64,000 bases of DNA from Fistulifera solaris (taxonomy: Eukaryota): contig AP026134.1 of assembly GCA_030295235.1 (NCBI GenBank), positions 868,001 through 932,000 on the forward strand, given 5' to 3'. Below are positions 47,478-61,166 of this stretch, in pieces (within the stretch, counting starts at the first letter, position 1; every line of letters starts with the position of its first letter). Made by a program: the position numbers and the translations under genes. The notes below the pieces were generated by a model. The model was not told the origin of the DNA. It searched no databases and worked only from the letters and a program-made list of their open reading frames with translations.

Positions 47478-49735
47478 ATGATAGAGCACCGACCATTGTC
47501 GGATGTGGAGAAAAACCCCCTTCTTGCTTTGCGTTTCACTGCATCGACGACAACTCGTCTGCAAGATCTCGTGGAGCAGCGGTTGCATCACGGGGGCTTT
47601 GATATACTTAATCGCATTGTTGAGAAAAACCAAACGATTCTCATTTTAACGTTCACGCAGAAAATTTTGGAGCAGCAGGCGGAACGTTCTCACGTTATGA
47701 AAAGGACCAACGATACAAAAGTCATGGATGCCTTCACATGCTATGAACGAGCGCGATTTTGTGACTTGGATGAGCCTCATCGGGACAAATACGGCCTGTT
47801 CTCAGCGAGTGAGAGATCTATGATCGCTTTACACATGATTAGCGATATAACTGTTTTACCTGAAGGTAAAACGAAAACAGAGCTGTCGCAACTCCTAGAG
47901 TCAAGGTATCATGCCGTCACGCATTTTCACAATCTTGTCGGTGACGAAGCCACAAGATCACAAAAAGTCCGGTTACGGAAACATGGGGAGAAAAGTGAAA
48001 ATTTAAAGCACGTACTGCAGACGTGCAAGATTGTGGATAGTGTCATGCTGATTCATTTATCACGTGCCGTAAAGAACGAGATCGTTCGACAAACGTTTTG
48101 GCCCTTATATCAACTGGAGTCCGCCAGTCCATTTGATTCAAAGCTATTACGGCTGTGAAGTAGCATTTTACTTTGCATGGATGGGTTTCCTCATGAGATG
48201 GTACACACTTCCTGGGATTCTTGGATTTATCGTGTTTCTTCTGCAAAAGGCTCGCGGCGACACCGTTGATGAAGATGAGTACATTCCGATCTACGGAGTG
48301 TTTGGGTTTGTAGCGTTCATTCTATACTTGCGGTTTTGGGATCGATATGAGCATCGATTAGCATATCAGTGGGGAACATATTCGCTATCGCCATACGAGC
48401 GACTGAAGGTTTTTGCATTACGACCAGAATTCCGTGGGTATTTGCGTTATTCTCCGATCACGGATGAAATTGAAACGTTCTATCCAGCATTCTACAGGCG
48501 ATTGAAGTACGTGCTTGGAACAGTCATAACAGCGAGCATGCTGTTTGTGGCCTTTGTGATCATGATTCTGTCGCTCAATTTACAAGGATACATTCGGCCT
48601 TCTGCTAATCCTCGTCGATGGAACGATAGCAATCCGCATCCTTTTATTCTCCCGGTTTTGCTGTGCTAGCCGAAGAGGGTCGCTTATTTGATGCTACATC
48701 TTCTTGGCGGTTTCTCATACCTGTAGCGATCCATGTACTGGGTATCAACGTACTCAATAGTTTGTACCGAAAGGTTTCTGTTGCTTTGACGGACTGGGAG
48801 AATCACGAGACCGAACAAAACTACCAAAACTCATTGATCTTGAAACGGTTTTTGTTCGAAGCTTTCGACTGCTATGTAGTTCTATTTTATCTGGCGTTCT
48901 ACGAGCGCGACGTGGAACGACTTCGAATGGAACTAGTTTCCGTATTTCAAATTGATACAGTAAGGCGTCTTTGTATGGAGTGCATTATTCCGTTTGGCCT
49001 TTTTCGCTTGCGAATGCGTGGCAAACAGCATGTTCAGACTGATAATGATACGTCCAGCATACCGACAGCGAACGAGATATTGGAAGACTTGGAAAAGACG
49101 AGTACGAGCAGTTTGACGATTACATGGAAATTGTCATTCAGTTCGGCTATGTGACACTATTTGCCAGTGCCTATCCCCTTGCGTCCCTAGTTAGCATTGC
49201 TGCAAATTTGATTGAAATGCGGGCAGATTGCTATCGAATGGCATTTTTGTGTCAGCGGCCTCCTTCTAATAGAAGCCAAGGGATGGGAATGTGGCGTGAT
49301 CTTATATCGGCAATCGTCTGGATGAGTGCGCTAACCAATTGCTTACTCATGGGTTTCTCTTCTGATCAGCTCATGCATTACCTGCCCCAACTGTATGAGC
49401 GCGACGAAGTATCCGGGTATACCGATATGGGACACGAGCGATCTTGGATTGTCATTTTTATAATATTTGGTCTAGAACGGCTTCTGCTATTCGTCGGAAT
49501 CACTCTGCATGCAATCATTCCTGCGGTACCAGAAGATATATCGGACCTTGTTGAACGGGATCATTTCATTCGCATGCAACAGGACGCTCTTAGTTTGGCA
49601 AGAGATGGTGGGAAAATCCATACCTTGTCGAAAAGAATTACAATGGAGAAATCTAAACCATGGAGATCCTCTTCAACAAACTCCAGAGGAAGGGACATTC
49701 GTAAAAGGTCCATTCGGAGCAAGAAACTCTCTTGA
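47478..49735 (+). CDS. Anoctamin/TMEM16 family protein (ANO8/ANO10-like); three 1-nt indels
   Basis: YYGCEVAFYFAWMGF, LTDWENHET, LKRFLFE, FYLAFY, EIVIQFGYVTLFASAYPLA, EMRAD, QRP and IPAVP. Confidence 0.93.
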
Positions 49736-50062
49736 TTTTGGAGTACGACACTTTTGCGTGCTTTCTTTTGTGCTCCGTCAAAAGCGTTGTCCATAGCACG
49801 TAAGAAACTAAAGACTATGAATTGGGATTTGGCATCGACATAGCACGCATGGGACGCGGTTCTTCGAAATTCGATGTCATGCCGTAGTACTATACGATTT
49901 AGAGTACATTGACTCACGAAACGGCGCAATAGCGTTTCGTGGCGATAACGCACGCATCTACGCATTGCTCGCAGCACATCATCCCTTTCATCAATCGTTT
50001 TATCCGCAAGCAGCATCTCTTGCAAAGGACTCTTGTAGTAAATTTATAACACGCCGCTAAAT

Positions 50063-51247
50063 ATGGAAAATAACGACGCCGTTGTGGAGATGGTCAGGTG
50101 CCAGGATTGCGGGCATGTTGTTCCGGCATCAAACATTACAATTCATCAACTGCGCGGTTGTCGTGAAGCGAGGAGACGTTCGACGGAACGTGAACCAAGT
50201 AATTCAACGACTGACAATGTAGAGTCTATGGATGTCGATAACCTTAGTGACGACGAGGATGATAGAAAAATGGAAGCGGAGGTGAACACAGAGCAAAGTG
50301 CTGCCTCGAATCCTCTCATTCGTCCCTCTATCCCTTCTCCCGTCATGGAAAACAACCCCTTTGCTTCTGTGGCTGGAAGAAACTCTGCAGATCCGATTTC
50401 TATTCTCGAGTCACCCTCGCCCCGCAATAGGGAAGTCGTTGATCTTGTGGATGGAGACGACGATGAAGTTCAGGAAATTTGGCCCTGTCCAGGATGTACC
50501 TTTCACAATTCCTTGTCAAACACGATTTGCGAAATTTGTTCCGCGATGCGTCCTAATACGAATCGTATGCAAGAACCGACGCGTCGTGATCGTGGTAATG
50601 GGGATTCACCGATTCGCTTAATGTCAGGTGGTGCCTTGTTGGGCTCTTTGGTTGGCGGGGCCGCTGCATACATGCGGGGTCGTCCTATGAGTTCTGGAAT
50701 GATACAGGGGGCGCTGTCTGGCGCGGTAGGAGGTGCTTTTGCCAATGAATTGTTTCGAAGCGATATTCTAGAAGCGCCGGACATAGCTGCTGCCCCTCGC
50801 GTCGTTCGTACGGTTCGTCGCCGGGGACCAAACGGCACGACTACGGTAACAACCTACATGTCTCATGGGGCACCAGCGACAGGACGACGACGTAGAGGAG
50901 ATCCTGTGATGGATCATTTGTTGCAAATGATTCTAGCGGGTAACGCAAATAGACAAATGAACATAGATGGCATGAACTATGAGCAGTTACTTGAAGCATT
51001 TGGGGATGGCACGGAGAATCGTGGAGCGGATGAAGGTGACATTCGGTCTTTGCCCGTTTCGACTGTTACGGATACATCAACGATTCCCAATGACCATTCA
51101 GATTGCATGATCTGCTTAGAAACTTTTAAGGTTGGCGATGAGAGGAAAACATTACCCTGTTTGCACGGATTTCATAGCACTTGCGTCGATAAGTGGTTGC
51201 GGACGAGCGCCAGTTGTCCGGTCTGCAAGTACTCCATTCGATCATAA
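50063..51247 (+). CDS. RING-H2 E3 ubiquitin ligase with RanBP2-type Zn finger
   Basis: N-terminal CQDC...H...C knuckle; WPCPGCTFHN...CEIC; MNYEQLL; CMICLE...PCLHGFHSTCVDKWL...CPVC. Confidence 0.92.
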   Translation: MENNDAVVEMVRCQDCGHVVPASNITIHQLRGCREARRRSTEREPSNSTTDNVESMDVDNLSDDEDDRKMEAEVNTEQSAASNPLIRPSIPSPVMENNPFASVAGRNSADPISILESPSPRNREVVDLVDGDDDEVQEIWPCPGCTFHNSLSNTICEICSAMRPNTNRMQEPTRRDRGNGDSPIRLMSGGALLGSLVGGAAAYMRGRPMSSGMIQGALSGAVGGAFANELFRSDILEAPDIAAAPRVVRTVRRRGPNGTTTVTTYMSHGAPATGRRRRGDPVMDHLLQMILAGNANRQMNIDGMNYEQLLEAFGDGTENRGADEGDIRSLPVSTVTDTSTIPNDHSDCMICLETFKVGDERKTLPCLHGFHSTCVDKWLRTSASCPVCKYSIRS

Positions 51248-52399
51248 CTTACGACATCTTATTGGCTTAAATTGATGCAAACCTACCATCAGTGGGTAGA
51301 TGTATGTATTTTTTAGCGATACAACGCGTATTTGTGTGTGTGTGTTGTCAAAAGGGTCCAACGAAAGACGCCATACTTTCCGAAGCTCCGAAAAGAATTC
51401 GACTCATCTAGAGCTAGCTGCTTCTCTAGTAAACAATAACTAGTCGACATTAACAAATCGCTAATTCGCTTCTTCTGGCGCAAAATTGTTGAGAAATGAA
51501 AAAGCCTATCCACTGCTGTGAATGGGAGATGCCGTTGAAGACGAATTTCGTCCAAGAGAAAAAAAACATCGATCGTAAATCCATAAGCTAGCCAAGCCTA
51601 GAAATGTTGGTGTTGATAAGCCTGAGCGAATTCGAAAGTGTGTAATGTCGCGTAGACTTATTCCGTTTCCCTGGAGGTAGCAACATTGTGTTTTCGCAAA
51701 TAAAAATACACTCTGCAACTTCCAGACCAAATTTGTAGCCGAAATTCTAATTCCCTCTTGGCCATAGCAGACGGTACCGACCAAGTTCCGTCCGGAAGCC
51801 GAGCAATGACGAGTCCAGTGTCAGCGTGCAGTGAAAAGTGAAACGCCCCCGAACCATTTCCGCCTCAACCTCGCTACCAGCACCAGTCTTTACCGACTCT
51901 GCACATTGCGAATGAAGGCTAGCAAGTTTGCGCCTCATTCTTTTTAAAGTCTCCAGCGAAATGAGATCCTTGACATTGTGTTCACTTAGTAGTGTTTCAG
52001 TCATTTGTTGCGAAGAATTCTCTTTCGATTTTGGGGCCAATGGTTTTCACGTTCAATCAGCCAGTCGGTGCCATAGCGAATCAGCTCTTCGAACATACTT
52101 GAGAAGAAGCCGGTAGATACCGGTCTTTGAACCAATGCCGTATATAGCAAAATCACAGTCGTCATGTAATCGTAACAGAGAAGCTGTGTTCGATGTTTAG
52201 ATGCTTGCAAAGATCACCTCTGACGCGTTCCTCGGAAAAAAATAACACAGGTCTTGGCATTTCATGAGAAAAAGGAGAATCAAAAGGACGATTCGGATTT
52301 CAGGATCATCTCCATAATTTTCTTGCTAAGCAGGTGTGTGCATTAGGGTTGCCAATTTGTAGATGGCAACCAACGATTGCCTTCCCGTAATTGCACTTG

Positions 52400-52620
52400 T
52401 GTTGTCCCTGTGTAGTCTGCTGACACTGCCGTGGACTGAAACATGTTTTTCGGACTCAATTGTTGTGTGCAGACGTAGCAAATGCACTGATCTACATTGG
52501 CCAGGACCCGTCCCACAGATGTAGCATCCTGTCTATCCAACGGTATGAGATTCAATGATCTGATATCACAAGCAAGTACTATCCTTTGGAATGTAGTCTT
52601 GACACGACTGACTTGCAATG
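52400..52620 (-). pseudogene. Degenerate fragment resembling the C-terminus of GPN-loop GTPase 2
   Basis: LNLIPLDRQDATSVGRVLANVDQCICYV resembles, from memory, the GPN2 segment [26 protein letters not shown]. No P-loop or GPN motif is visible nearby. Confidence 0.35.
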
Positions 52621-52803
52621 CAGTCCCGGAATTTATCGATTTGCAGTTGAACGTTGAACGGCAATATGCGTCTGCTATCCATCCGCTCCACCGTTGATGT
52701 CGATAGGAAAGAATCATTCATCACAAAATTTGCTGCGATAAAGCTAATCAAGAGGAGCAATTGCCGCGGTTTACCAGCCTCATATCGTCATTGAATTACG
52801 TTC

Positions 52804-55800
52804 ATGTCACAGCTAACTTTTGAAAGGCTACAAGAGGTTCTGCTTCGAAAAAAGCAGCAGGAAGAGGAGCGATGTTCCGATCAAGAATCAGAAGGAAACC
52901 TTCCCCTTGATTTTGATTCTCTCTGGAAAATCCCAGCGTTGTTTCAACAAACGACCCACGTTGATGCCACGCTTTATAAATGCTCCGTGTCAACTCCTCT
53001 GTGGACGAATCTTCCCTGGAAATCCATTCCATTACCAGTGCAACAACAGTTACCGGATCTGAAACCTGAATCGGAAGATACCGTCGTTTCGGTGCCCAGC
53101 CACTATTTGGCGAACAGCGAAAATGCGAATATCACTGCGAACTTGACAAGTAAACTGACAGAATATACTCGTGGTCTAGCTGGAAGAGCGCGACCCTTCC
53201 TTCCCGGTGGGATGGATTCTGACAGTGCGAACAAATCACGTTCCGTCGATTCTAACACAGAACATGATGCTTTGCAAAAGTCACTTCGTGTTCTTCACCA
53301 ATCGACCAAGGAGAGCTGGAAAGAAGGAATTCTCCTCACTGCACCACGCAATGTTGATTTCGAAGTGGGATTGACATGGAACGATATCTATGGAAATGAC
53401 GAAGACAGTGACAACGAAGTTGGTGACGAGAAGAAACAAATTACTCCAGAGACTTCCGCTGAGAAAAAGGACTTCGCTGCAATTCATAAACAATCAGTAC
53501 AGGCCCCGACACTCTTCTCGACTGGATTTTTGGACGGAATTGCCGATGATGACTCTTTGTTTAACGACAGCACTAGCAGTGACGAGGATGACGAAGAGGA
53601 TGACGAGAAAGACCAAGAAAACGACATATTGTCAACAGAGACGAAGAATCACAAAGCGGACGATTCTTACAAACCGTTGCTACCAGTTCTTAAAGACCAA
53701 GGTGACGAAAACACAATCCGAGCGACTTCAACCAAAAATCGAACAAAACATTGATGACCTTTTACTGGAATTGGCCGACGAACCAATCCCTCCGCATAAT
53801 AAACGAAAAGAGATCAATCCGCTAGAGCTGGCGGAAAGGCAGGCTGCTTTACGCACCAATACAACGCGAAAGTCTTGGGCTACCACTGACTTGTTAAATA
53901 TTCCAGACTGGGATACATATCTGCCGCAGCCGGCTCTAAAATATCCATTTGTTTTGGACACTTTTCAACAGCAAGCGATTGCCCGCTTGGAACGAAATGA
54001 GGCGGTTTTTGTGGCTGCTCATACCAGTGCGGGAAAAACTGTTGTTGCGGAATATGCTGTAGCCCTTGCCATGCAGCGTGCAACAAGGTGTGTGTATACT
54101 TCGCCCATCAAGGCGTTGAGTAATCAGAAATTTCGAGATTTTGCACAAAAGTTCGGTGCGGAACGGGTGGGTTTGGTGACAGGTGATCTGCAAGTAAACG
54201 GTACGAACAATAATGATGCCTTGCGTTTTTGCAGCGTGCTGCCATCGTCTAACCTTTTTTACGCGACAGTTGACGATTCGACTGTGCTGATAATGACCAC
54301 GGAGATATTGCGGAGTATGCTCTACCGAGGGGCAGACCTCATTCGCGACATTGAATTTGTGGTCTTTGATGAGGTCCACTATGTTAATGACAGTGAGCGT
54401 GGGGTTGTTTGGGAAGAAGTGATAATCATGTTACCTGCTCAAGTAAATCTGATTTTTTTGAGTGCAACAACACCCAATACCTTTGAATTCAGTGATTGGA
54501 TTGGTCGCACCAAAAGACGTATGGTTCATGTTGTCAAGACCGACTATCGTCCCGTTCCGTTGTCGCACTTCCTGTGGGCTGGAAACAAATTACATTTAAT
54601 TTTGCACGGAAAAGGTGGTTTCCTCGATGGTGGATACTCGGACGCAGCAAACGCTCTGCAGCCCAAGAAATTGAAAGCAGATGGCAAGGTAAAACCACAA
54701 CCACCCAAAACAGGATCCAATCTTTTGGCTTGGCAAGCCCAAGGAACAAAGCAGCATTGGATATCGTTGATTCGATTTCTTGATCGAGATTTATTAACTC
54801 CGACCGTCATATTTTCGTTCTCGAAAAGAAATGCGAAGAAATTGCTGATATGTTGCGATCGTTAGATTTAAATACTGAAGCTGAACGGGGCTCTGTCCAG
54901 GGATTTACGTTGCAAGCTATTGCACGACTTAGCAGCGCCGACGCAAAGCTTCCGCAAGTGCTTGCGATTAGCGAGATGGCTACAAGAGGAATTGGTGTCC
55001 ATCATGGAGGACTTCTGCCAATTTTGAAAGAGTACGTATCATCTCGGAAAACAGACATGTTAACGAAACAATGCCGGTTCTCGCTCATGTTTTTTTCATT
55101 GTTGGTATCCTACTTTCTCGTCACAGGTTGGTGGAGATATTGTTTTCAAGAAATCTTATTAAAGTTCTGCTGGCGACAGAAACGTTTGCTATGGGTGTAA
55201 ACATGCCAGCCAAGAGTGTGGTTTTTAACAGGTAAGGATTAAATGGGAAAAGAATGTGCTTATGGTTGAACCTCCAGTTTTCTCAATTCTACTCTCGGGT
55301 TTAAAAGCGTACGGAAACACGATGGCACGCAATTTCGTCAGCTAGAGCCCGGTGAATACACGCAAATGGCAGGACGAGCTGGTCGACGTGGACTGGACGA
55401 GATCGGCACCGTTATTATCTGTTGCTTTGGTGAGACGCCCCCTCCACAACCCATGCTTCGCTCCATGCTGACAGGAAAATCGACCTTGCTCAAAAGCCAA
55501 TTTCGATTGACCTACAACATGATTCTGAATTTGCTTCGTGTAGAAGATATGAGTGTAGAATCGATGATCAAACGTTCTTTTTCCGAATTTGCCACACAAC
55601 GCGCGTTAACAACGAAAGAATATCCGCAGCTCTTGGAGCGAGGTACTAAAGCACTAGCCAAGCTTGAATCACAGCTGAGTCAAGAGTTGCGACTGGGCGC
55701 CGAGGATCTTGAAGATTACTTTTCGGTGTGTCGAACTGTCTTGAGTACCAGCAAGGAAGTTTTAACTTTTCTGCTTGGGTCAGACCCTGCCTCATTTGAT

Positions 55801-57171
55801 GAATTATTGCAACCCGGTCGTGTCATTCTTGTGTCAGCTGCTCGTCAATATGATGTCGTGCGTGCACCGGCTGTTGTATTGAAATTACCGACGAAAGCAA
55901 ATGCGTCATCGCTTACTGGTCCGAAAACGAACTCGACATGCCTCGTTTGCTTGATTCTTTTACCTTCCAGTTACGTTGAACCACATAATAAGGATGAGGG
56001 CGGGAAGATAGCCCCTGCTCATCTTGGTTATATTGGTTCTCACAGACAACGCAACTATTCGATTCAAGAAATCGATCTAGGACAAATTCTGGCTATATCT
56101 ACGACCAAATCAAAAGTTGATGCTAAGTTATTATACAAAGAAGACTCATCGTCGGTCTCGCGCCCACTTCCAAATGATACTTTCTTTTCCTCAATGACAC
56201 GTGACGACCCTTTTTCGGGAATGAAAGCCTTGGGAAAGAATACTGGTGGAGTTGTCAAAGTAACAAAGGAAGATGAAATGATGGATCAGGTGATAAATTA
56301 TCTACTGGCAGCAGAAGATGCGGAGTCAGGTCCATCGGGTGTCCCTACCATCGACATGCAATCATTCGTTAAACGAGGAACTGACGTGATTTATTTTCGA
56401 GAGGCCTGCGATCGGATTCGTGATTTGCATGCAATGATGCGGACATTCCAGTCTCACCGACATCCTACTGTTGAAAAGTGGTACAAAGAAATTGAGCGCC
56501 GCGAGACACTCAGGGAGAGAGTTCAACTACTAGAGCACACCTTGTCAAACGAGTCGCTATCTCTCTTTCCCGATTTTATGCAACGCAAAGCAGTTCTACG
56601 CGAGCTTGGTTATATCAATGAAAACGAGACGGTGACGGTAAAAGGGCGCGTCGCTTGCGAAGTGAACACTTGTGAAGAACTTATTGTTTCGGAAATGATT
56701 TTTGACGGTGTATTGAATAACATGGCACCGGAAGAAATTGTTGCTTGTCTTAGTGCCTTGATATTTCAAGAAAAGAAAGACGAAGATTACAGTGACAATA
56801 CGACATTACCCGCCCGTTTGATAGAATGCTGCGAGAAAATGAAAGAAATCGCTGTACAACTAGGTCAAGTCCAAAAGGACAATGGACTTGCCATTGATCC
56901 GGCAGATTATTGCGACCGAGTTTTGAAATTTGGTTTGGTGCACGTCGTTTACGAATGGGCCTGCGGTGTTTCCTTTGCCAGTATCTGCATGCTGACGGAA
57001 GTGCAAGAAGGCAGCATTGTTCGAGCGATGACCCGACTGGATGAATTGTGCCGTGAAGTGCGCAATTGTGCGCGTGTAATTGGCAACCCTACACTGTACC
57101 GTAAAATGGAAGCAGCGAGTGAAACGATCAAGCGTGATATTGTCTTCGCTTCTAGTTTATACGTAAGCTAA
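52804..57171 (+). CDS. SKI2: SKI2-like DExH RNA helicase; short introns (~54200, ~55030, ~55230) and indels (~53720, ~54830)
   Basis: [60 protein letters not shown] and the DSHCT end [11 protein letters not shown]. Confidence 0.95.
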
Positions 57172-57211
57172 GCATAATCGAATACAGTTTTTTAACCAGA
57201 ATCTATGATTT

Positions 57212-58171
57212 TTATTCTCGGTTCTTGGGTTGTAAAAGACCGGTCCGTGGATCTCGCACAAATCTCGAAGGTCTAAACAGCGTTTGCAACAAATTATCAG
57301 AAGGACGACGGATCATATCAAAGTACCGATGCAACATGTCGTGCATGACAGCGACTGGTATGTACCTTCCTTTCTCTAGCAATCGCTTGATATTGCGTGT
57401 CATGAGTTCTTCCAGACAGAATTGCCAGTCGTCGGGATGGTATTCGATGCGCGTCGGATTGATGACACAGATTTGTGTCGTCGCATCAAACACGACAAAA
57501 TGAACCGGTCGCTTTTGCACATAGGCCATTTCTAACGCGCGCGAGTAATCGGAATCAATCCGTAAATTGGTATTACCCCACGCCACAGGCTGTGTCGTCG
57601 GCACTGATTCGAGTGCCTGGTACGCCCGTTCAATGGCACCGGTTCTTGAGAAGAGAGCATCGACACAAAACAAATCGACCGTGGAAGGGAACGACGTACG
57701 TGAATGGCGCAATACATCGGCCACAGCGGAAGCTATAACGGCAGCTAATGGTATTTTGTTGTCATGACTATTTCTTCGTTGCTGTCGGCGCTGTTGTTCC
57801 CTCGCAAATTGCTGTTCCAATTCAAATTGCAAGCGGTGGGTATTCATCTTTCCCGACAAACATGCACACACGGTCCGCAATTCCGCTTGCTCCGGACTAT
57901 ACAGTCGTTCTCGGATTGTTTTTCCTATGAGATGTTGATTGAGTAATTGCTCTTTGTCAATAACATGATCGAGGGCAAAATACATCCAAGGCAATGGGTG
58001 ATAAACATCCGGTTGATCATCAATGGCAATGTCGACAATTTGTTGTTCGCGCAACCAGGTCGTTTTTCCCGAACAAGGAGGTCCGACTGTTATGTACAAG
58101 GGACTTGATGAAGATGAATCAGTAGAAGTAGAAGTGACCATGAGAAGAAAATAGTTGTGTAATAGATTCAT
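57212..58171 (-). CDS. P-loop NTPase/kinase-like protein (AAA_33-like)
   Basis: YITVGPPCSGKTTW Walker A, WGNTN and RNIKR...GRYIP. Confidence 0.7.
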   Translation of the reverse strand: MNLLHNYFLLMVTSTSTDSSSSSPLYITVGPPCSGKTTWLREQQIVDIAIDDQPDVYHPLPWMYFALDHVIDKEQLLNQHLIGKTIRERLYSPEQAELRTVCACLSGKMNTHRLQFELEQQFAREQQRRQQRRNSHDNKIPLAAVIASAVADVLRHSRTSFPSTVDLFCVDALFSRTGAIERAYQALESVPTTQPVAWGNTNLRIDSDYSRALEMAYVQKRPVHFVVFDATTQICVINPTRIEYHPDDWQFCLEELMTRNIKRLLEKGRYIPVAVMHDMLHRYFDMIRRPSDNLLQTLFRPSRFVRDPRTGLLQPKNRE

Positions 58172-58677
58172 GAGAATGCAATGTTGTGAGTTTGTACTAT
58201 GTATAGGCAGTCCGCAGACGTGAAAAAATTGTTGCCGGCTTATTCTTCAGTTAGAAGCGCAGGCCAGACTAGCATAGCCCGCGAACACACCCACGACTGC
58301 ATTCCAATCGTCAATAAATCAATAGAAATTTATTCAAGTCAAAACGCAAGTCCAAGCTCACTAATTTCCATCTTTTCATCTAGCCTTACTATCAATGTAG
58401 GTACAATCATTGCATCATTTTTCTTCGGCTAGAATTCGAAATGAAGCTTACGAATGTGTAAAATTTTAATTGAAGGTAAGAGTCACGGGCGATATGTCAG
58501 CAAAAGGGCATCAAGCCTTAACTCTAACGCCACTCGACTCCTGCTCTTGCAAAGCCACATTTTTTTACGCTCATCGTCACTGTACTGGTACCAACTAACC
58601 TTACCGGTATTATTATTGTTGCATTGCTGCATTGCTGTCCTTGAGCATTTCCTTTAATAAAATAACTTGCTAACATC

Positions 58678-59578
58678 ATGATTCAAGATTCGTTTCATTT
58701 CGTTTACGCTGGAATCGCCACTATGTTTCTTGCCGTCGTCGCTATCGTTGCGTTTCTGTTTCGAAACAGTAGCAAAACAAGCCGACAACAATCGAGTCCG
58801 CCGTTTTCAGGGAAAGTAAAACCAAAACAGTCCGTCCCTTCGAACTTAGATACTTCAATAGCACACAAACACAACAATCCCTGGCAAGAACGGCTGGAGC
58901 GGGGCGTCATAAGCACAGCAGTGAAACGAACCCAGAATGATGCGTCGTCCAGTAAGGAAAAACCGTTTCAATCCAGTTATTATTACGCACACAACAATCC
59001 TTCAGCAAAAGGAGGCTACAAAGATGGTTTGAGGATGGAAGATTATACAATGAATCAACCAAGATTGCTCCGTCGAAATGGCTCGCGCGTCAGTAGTAGC
59101 GAGGACCTTCAGCAGAACGAAACAGCGCCATCTTCGATCGAGTCTTCCTCCTCAAAACAACAACTAAACAACCCCGTGTTCTTCCCAAGTTACCGCCTAC
59201 AAAATACATTTCACGTTATCTATGGGATGATCCCGGAAACCAAATGGCGTTGCCTCGATTCGGATTGAACAATTACCCGACAAGAATGGGTCCATGATGG
59301 CATGGAAGGATTGGCTCGAACAACAATACTCAACCACGACGACAACCAACAAGCCGCAAATCGACACTCTGTTATCTTCCGACTGCACATCATTGCGTGT
59401 CATTATCCACAGCCAGAATGGTTGCCTTTACGAATTGAAATTAGATCCCTTGTATGGAAGAGTCAAAACAGTCACCACGAAAGTCTCGACCAAGCGATTG
59501 ACCATTCAATTGCACAAAAATGAAAACAAACAAACGGCGTGGCCGCACCCGTATCAATCCAAGACGAAATCAAATTAA
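58678..59578 (+). CDS. N-terminally anchored protein with C-terminal CS/p23-like domain; frameshifts
   Basis: TM at the N-terminus, SSYYYAH motif and a beta-rich C-part (YELKLDPLYGRV...KRLTIQLHK...W). Confidence 0.55.
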
Positions 59579-59853
59579 TTGGTTTGTTAGTCTTGACTAT
59601 GTGCTAAAGAAACAGAAGAAGGGCGAACGATGATCAAATATGTTTTGTCACGAGACCGGGTCCACTTTCGATCTCGGTAAGATCAAAACGATCTTAGAGG
59701 TTCCACCTCACCAAAAGAATGATTTGCTTGTAAATACACTGATATAAACAAGAAAGATCGTGGGCGAAAGTTTTCTCTAGAGGACGGGGAGAAAGATACG
59801 CCATTGAGGAAAAATACAAACTTCAATAAAATATAGTTTAGAGAACATTGCGC

Positions 59854-60782
59854 CTACATGGAACCCCGTTCGGTAGGAATCATCGACGGTGGGTCACTGA
59901 AGTCAGACCAGGAAGGTGAACTACTGGGGATTAAGGACGGCCGATCGCTAGGTACACCCGACGCACCATCATAACCCGAAGGAGCCGATGATGGTACCAT
60001 GGAAGGGAAGTCGCTGGGCATGGCGGAATTTGCTTCATCTCCTTCGACTCCTATTTCACACAAATTCGGACAAACTATACTGTTGACGCTCTCGGCGATG
60101 GAGAATTGGCATTTGGCGGGGGCCAGTCCTTTAGCGACAGTCACGATGCCCTTTGGTCTAAGCGCGGATTGTACATCCCACTTGATTTCACCATCCCATA
60201 GACCAGAATCCATGGCGACTGTGTAGCACTGGTCAACTTTTAAGCATACATAGGAGTAGCCGTCATAGCCCTGGCCCATGGAATCTTCGAAGATTACAAC
60301 TGGGGAGGAAGCGCTGGATTGTCGGAGGTTGGCCGACTTTTTCACTGCAGTTTCTGCAGAGAATATGTGCGTTGCATTGTGCTCACCCGTAAACTCTTTA
60401 AGTACTGCGCCGCCCGAGGTCGCGTGGGGCATTTCAAAAGTCGAATGGGAACATTTTCCCAACCATCGCCCCAGCGATCGTGCAAGCGAACGCGATACAG
60501 AAACTGATCCATGGGGCATCCACCATTCTCGAGCAACATTTCGTCACGTCTCGTGGGGGCCATTGTCGGTGCTGTATGGACTAGTTCCTCCGATGTTTCC
60601 GAGTCATCATAATCGAATGGGTTCTTCTCTAGGATAAGTTCGGCGCGGTATGCATCGCGAAGTGCAGCTGCATAGACACTAGGGTCCACCACATCCACCC
60701 AAGTTCGTGCTGAACATAAAGGAAGAATGGTCGCGGCAATCGCAAGTAGGTTTTGTTTTCCAAGTTGTCGTGTGTTCGTCAT
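59854..60782 (-). CDS. Secreted protein of unknown function with PS-rich tail; frameshift
   Basis: Signal peptide LLAIAATILPLCSA; LHDRWGDGW motif; PSDFPSMVPS repeats typical of diatom extracellular proteins. Confidence 0.65.
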
Positions 60783-61166
60783 GGTGAAAGCCTTTTGTTC
60801 GGGAGTAATGGTAGGAAGGGCGAGTATTTTGTGAGAATTGTGTTGCGCGGTGCCTGAAATTTTGAAGGGCAACGGCTCGACGGTTCACCCGGCGCGATAA
60901 TCCGTGTTCCCTCATATCTAATGTAGCGTACCGGTACTGAAGTGATATCATAATGTTGCCTAAAACTGTGTGCTAGGAAATTGAAACCTCTCGCTCCAAC
61001 GCTTTTAAATATCAATTTTACCTGGTAGCTTACCACCAGCCATCAACAATCATCGGAAAAGGAATCGTAATGATAAGTCTGGGCAAAAACAAAGTGTCCT
61101 CAGACAGGACCTGGGATTCCCAGGGGTACTACGTAAACAATTCATATTTTAATATTTTTTACTCAA

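Noticed and set aside
28830..57171. RNA-decay gene cluster (PARN, RNase Z, SKI2)
   Set aside because: The genes are interspersed with unrelated genes over ~28 kb, as expected by chance in a compact genome.
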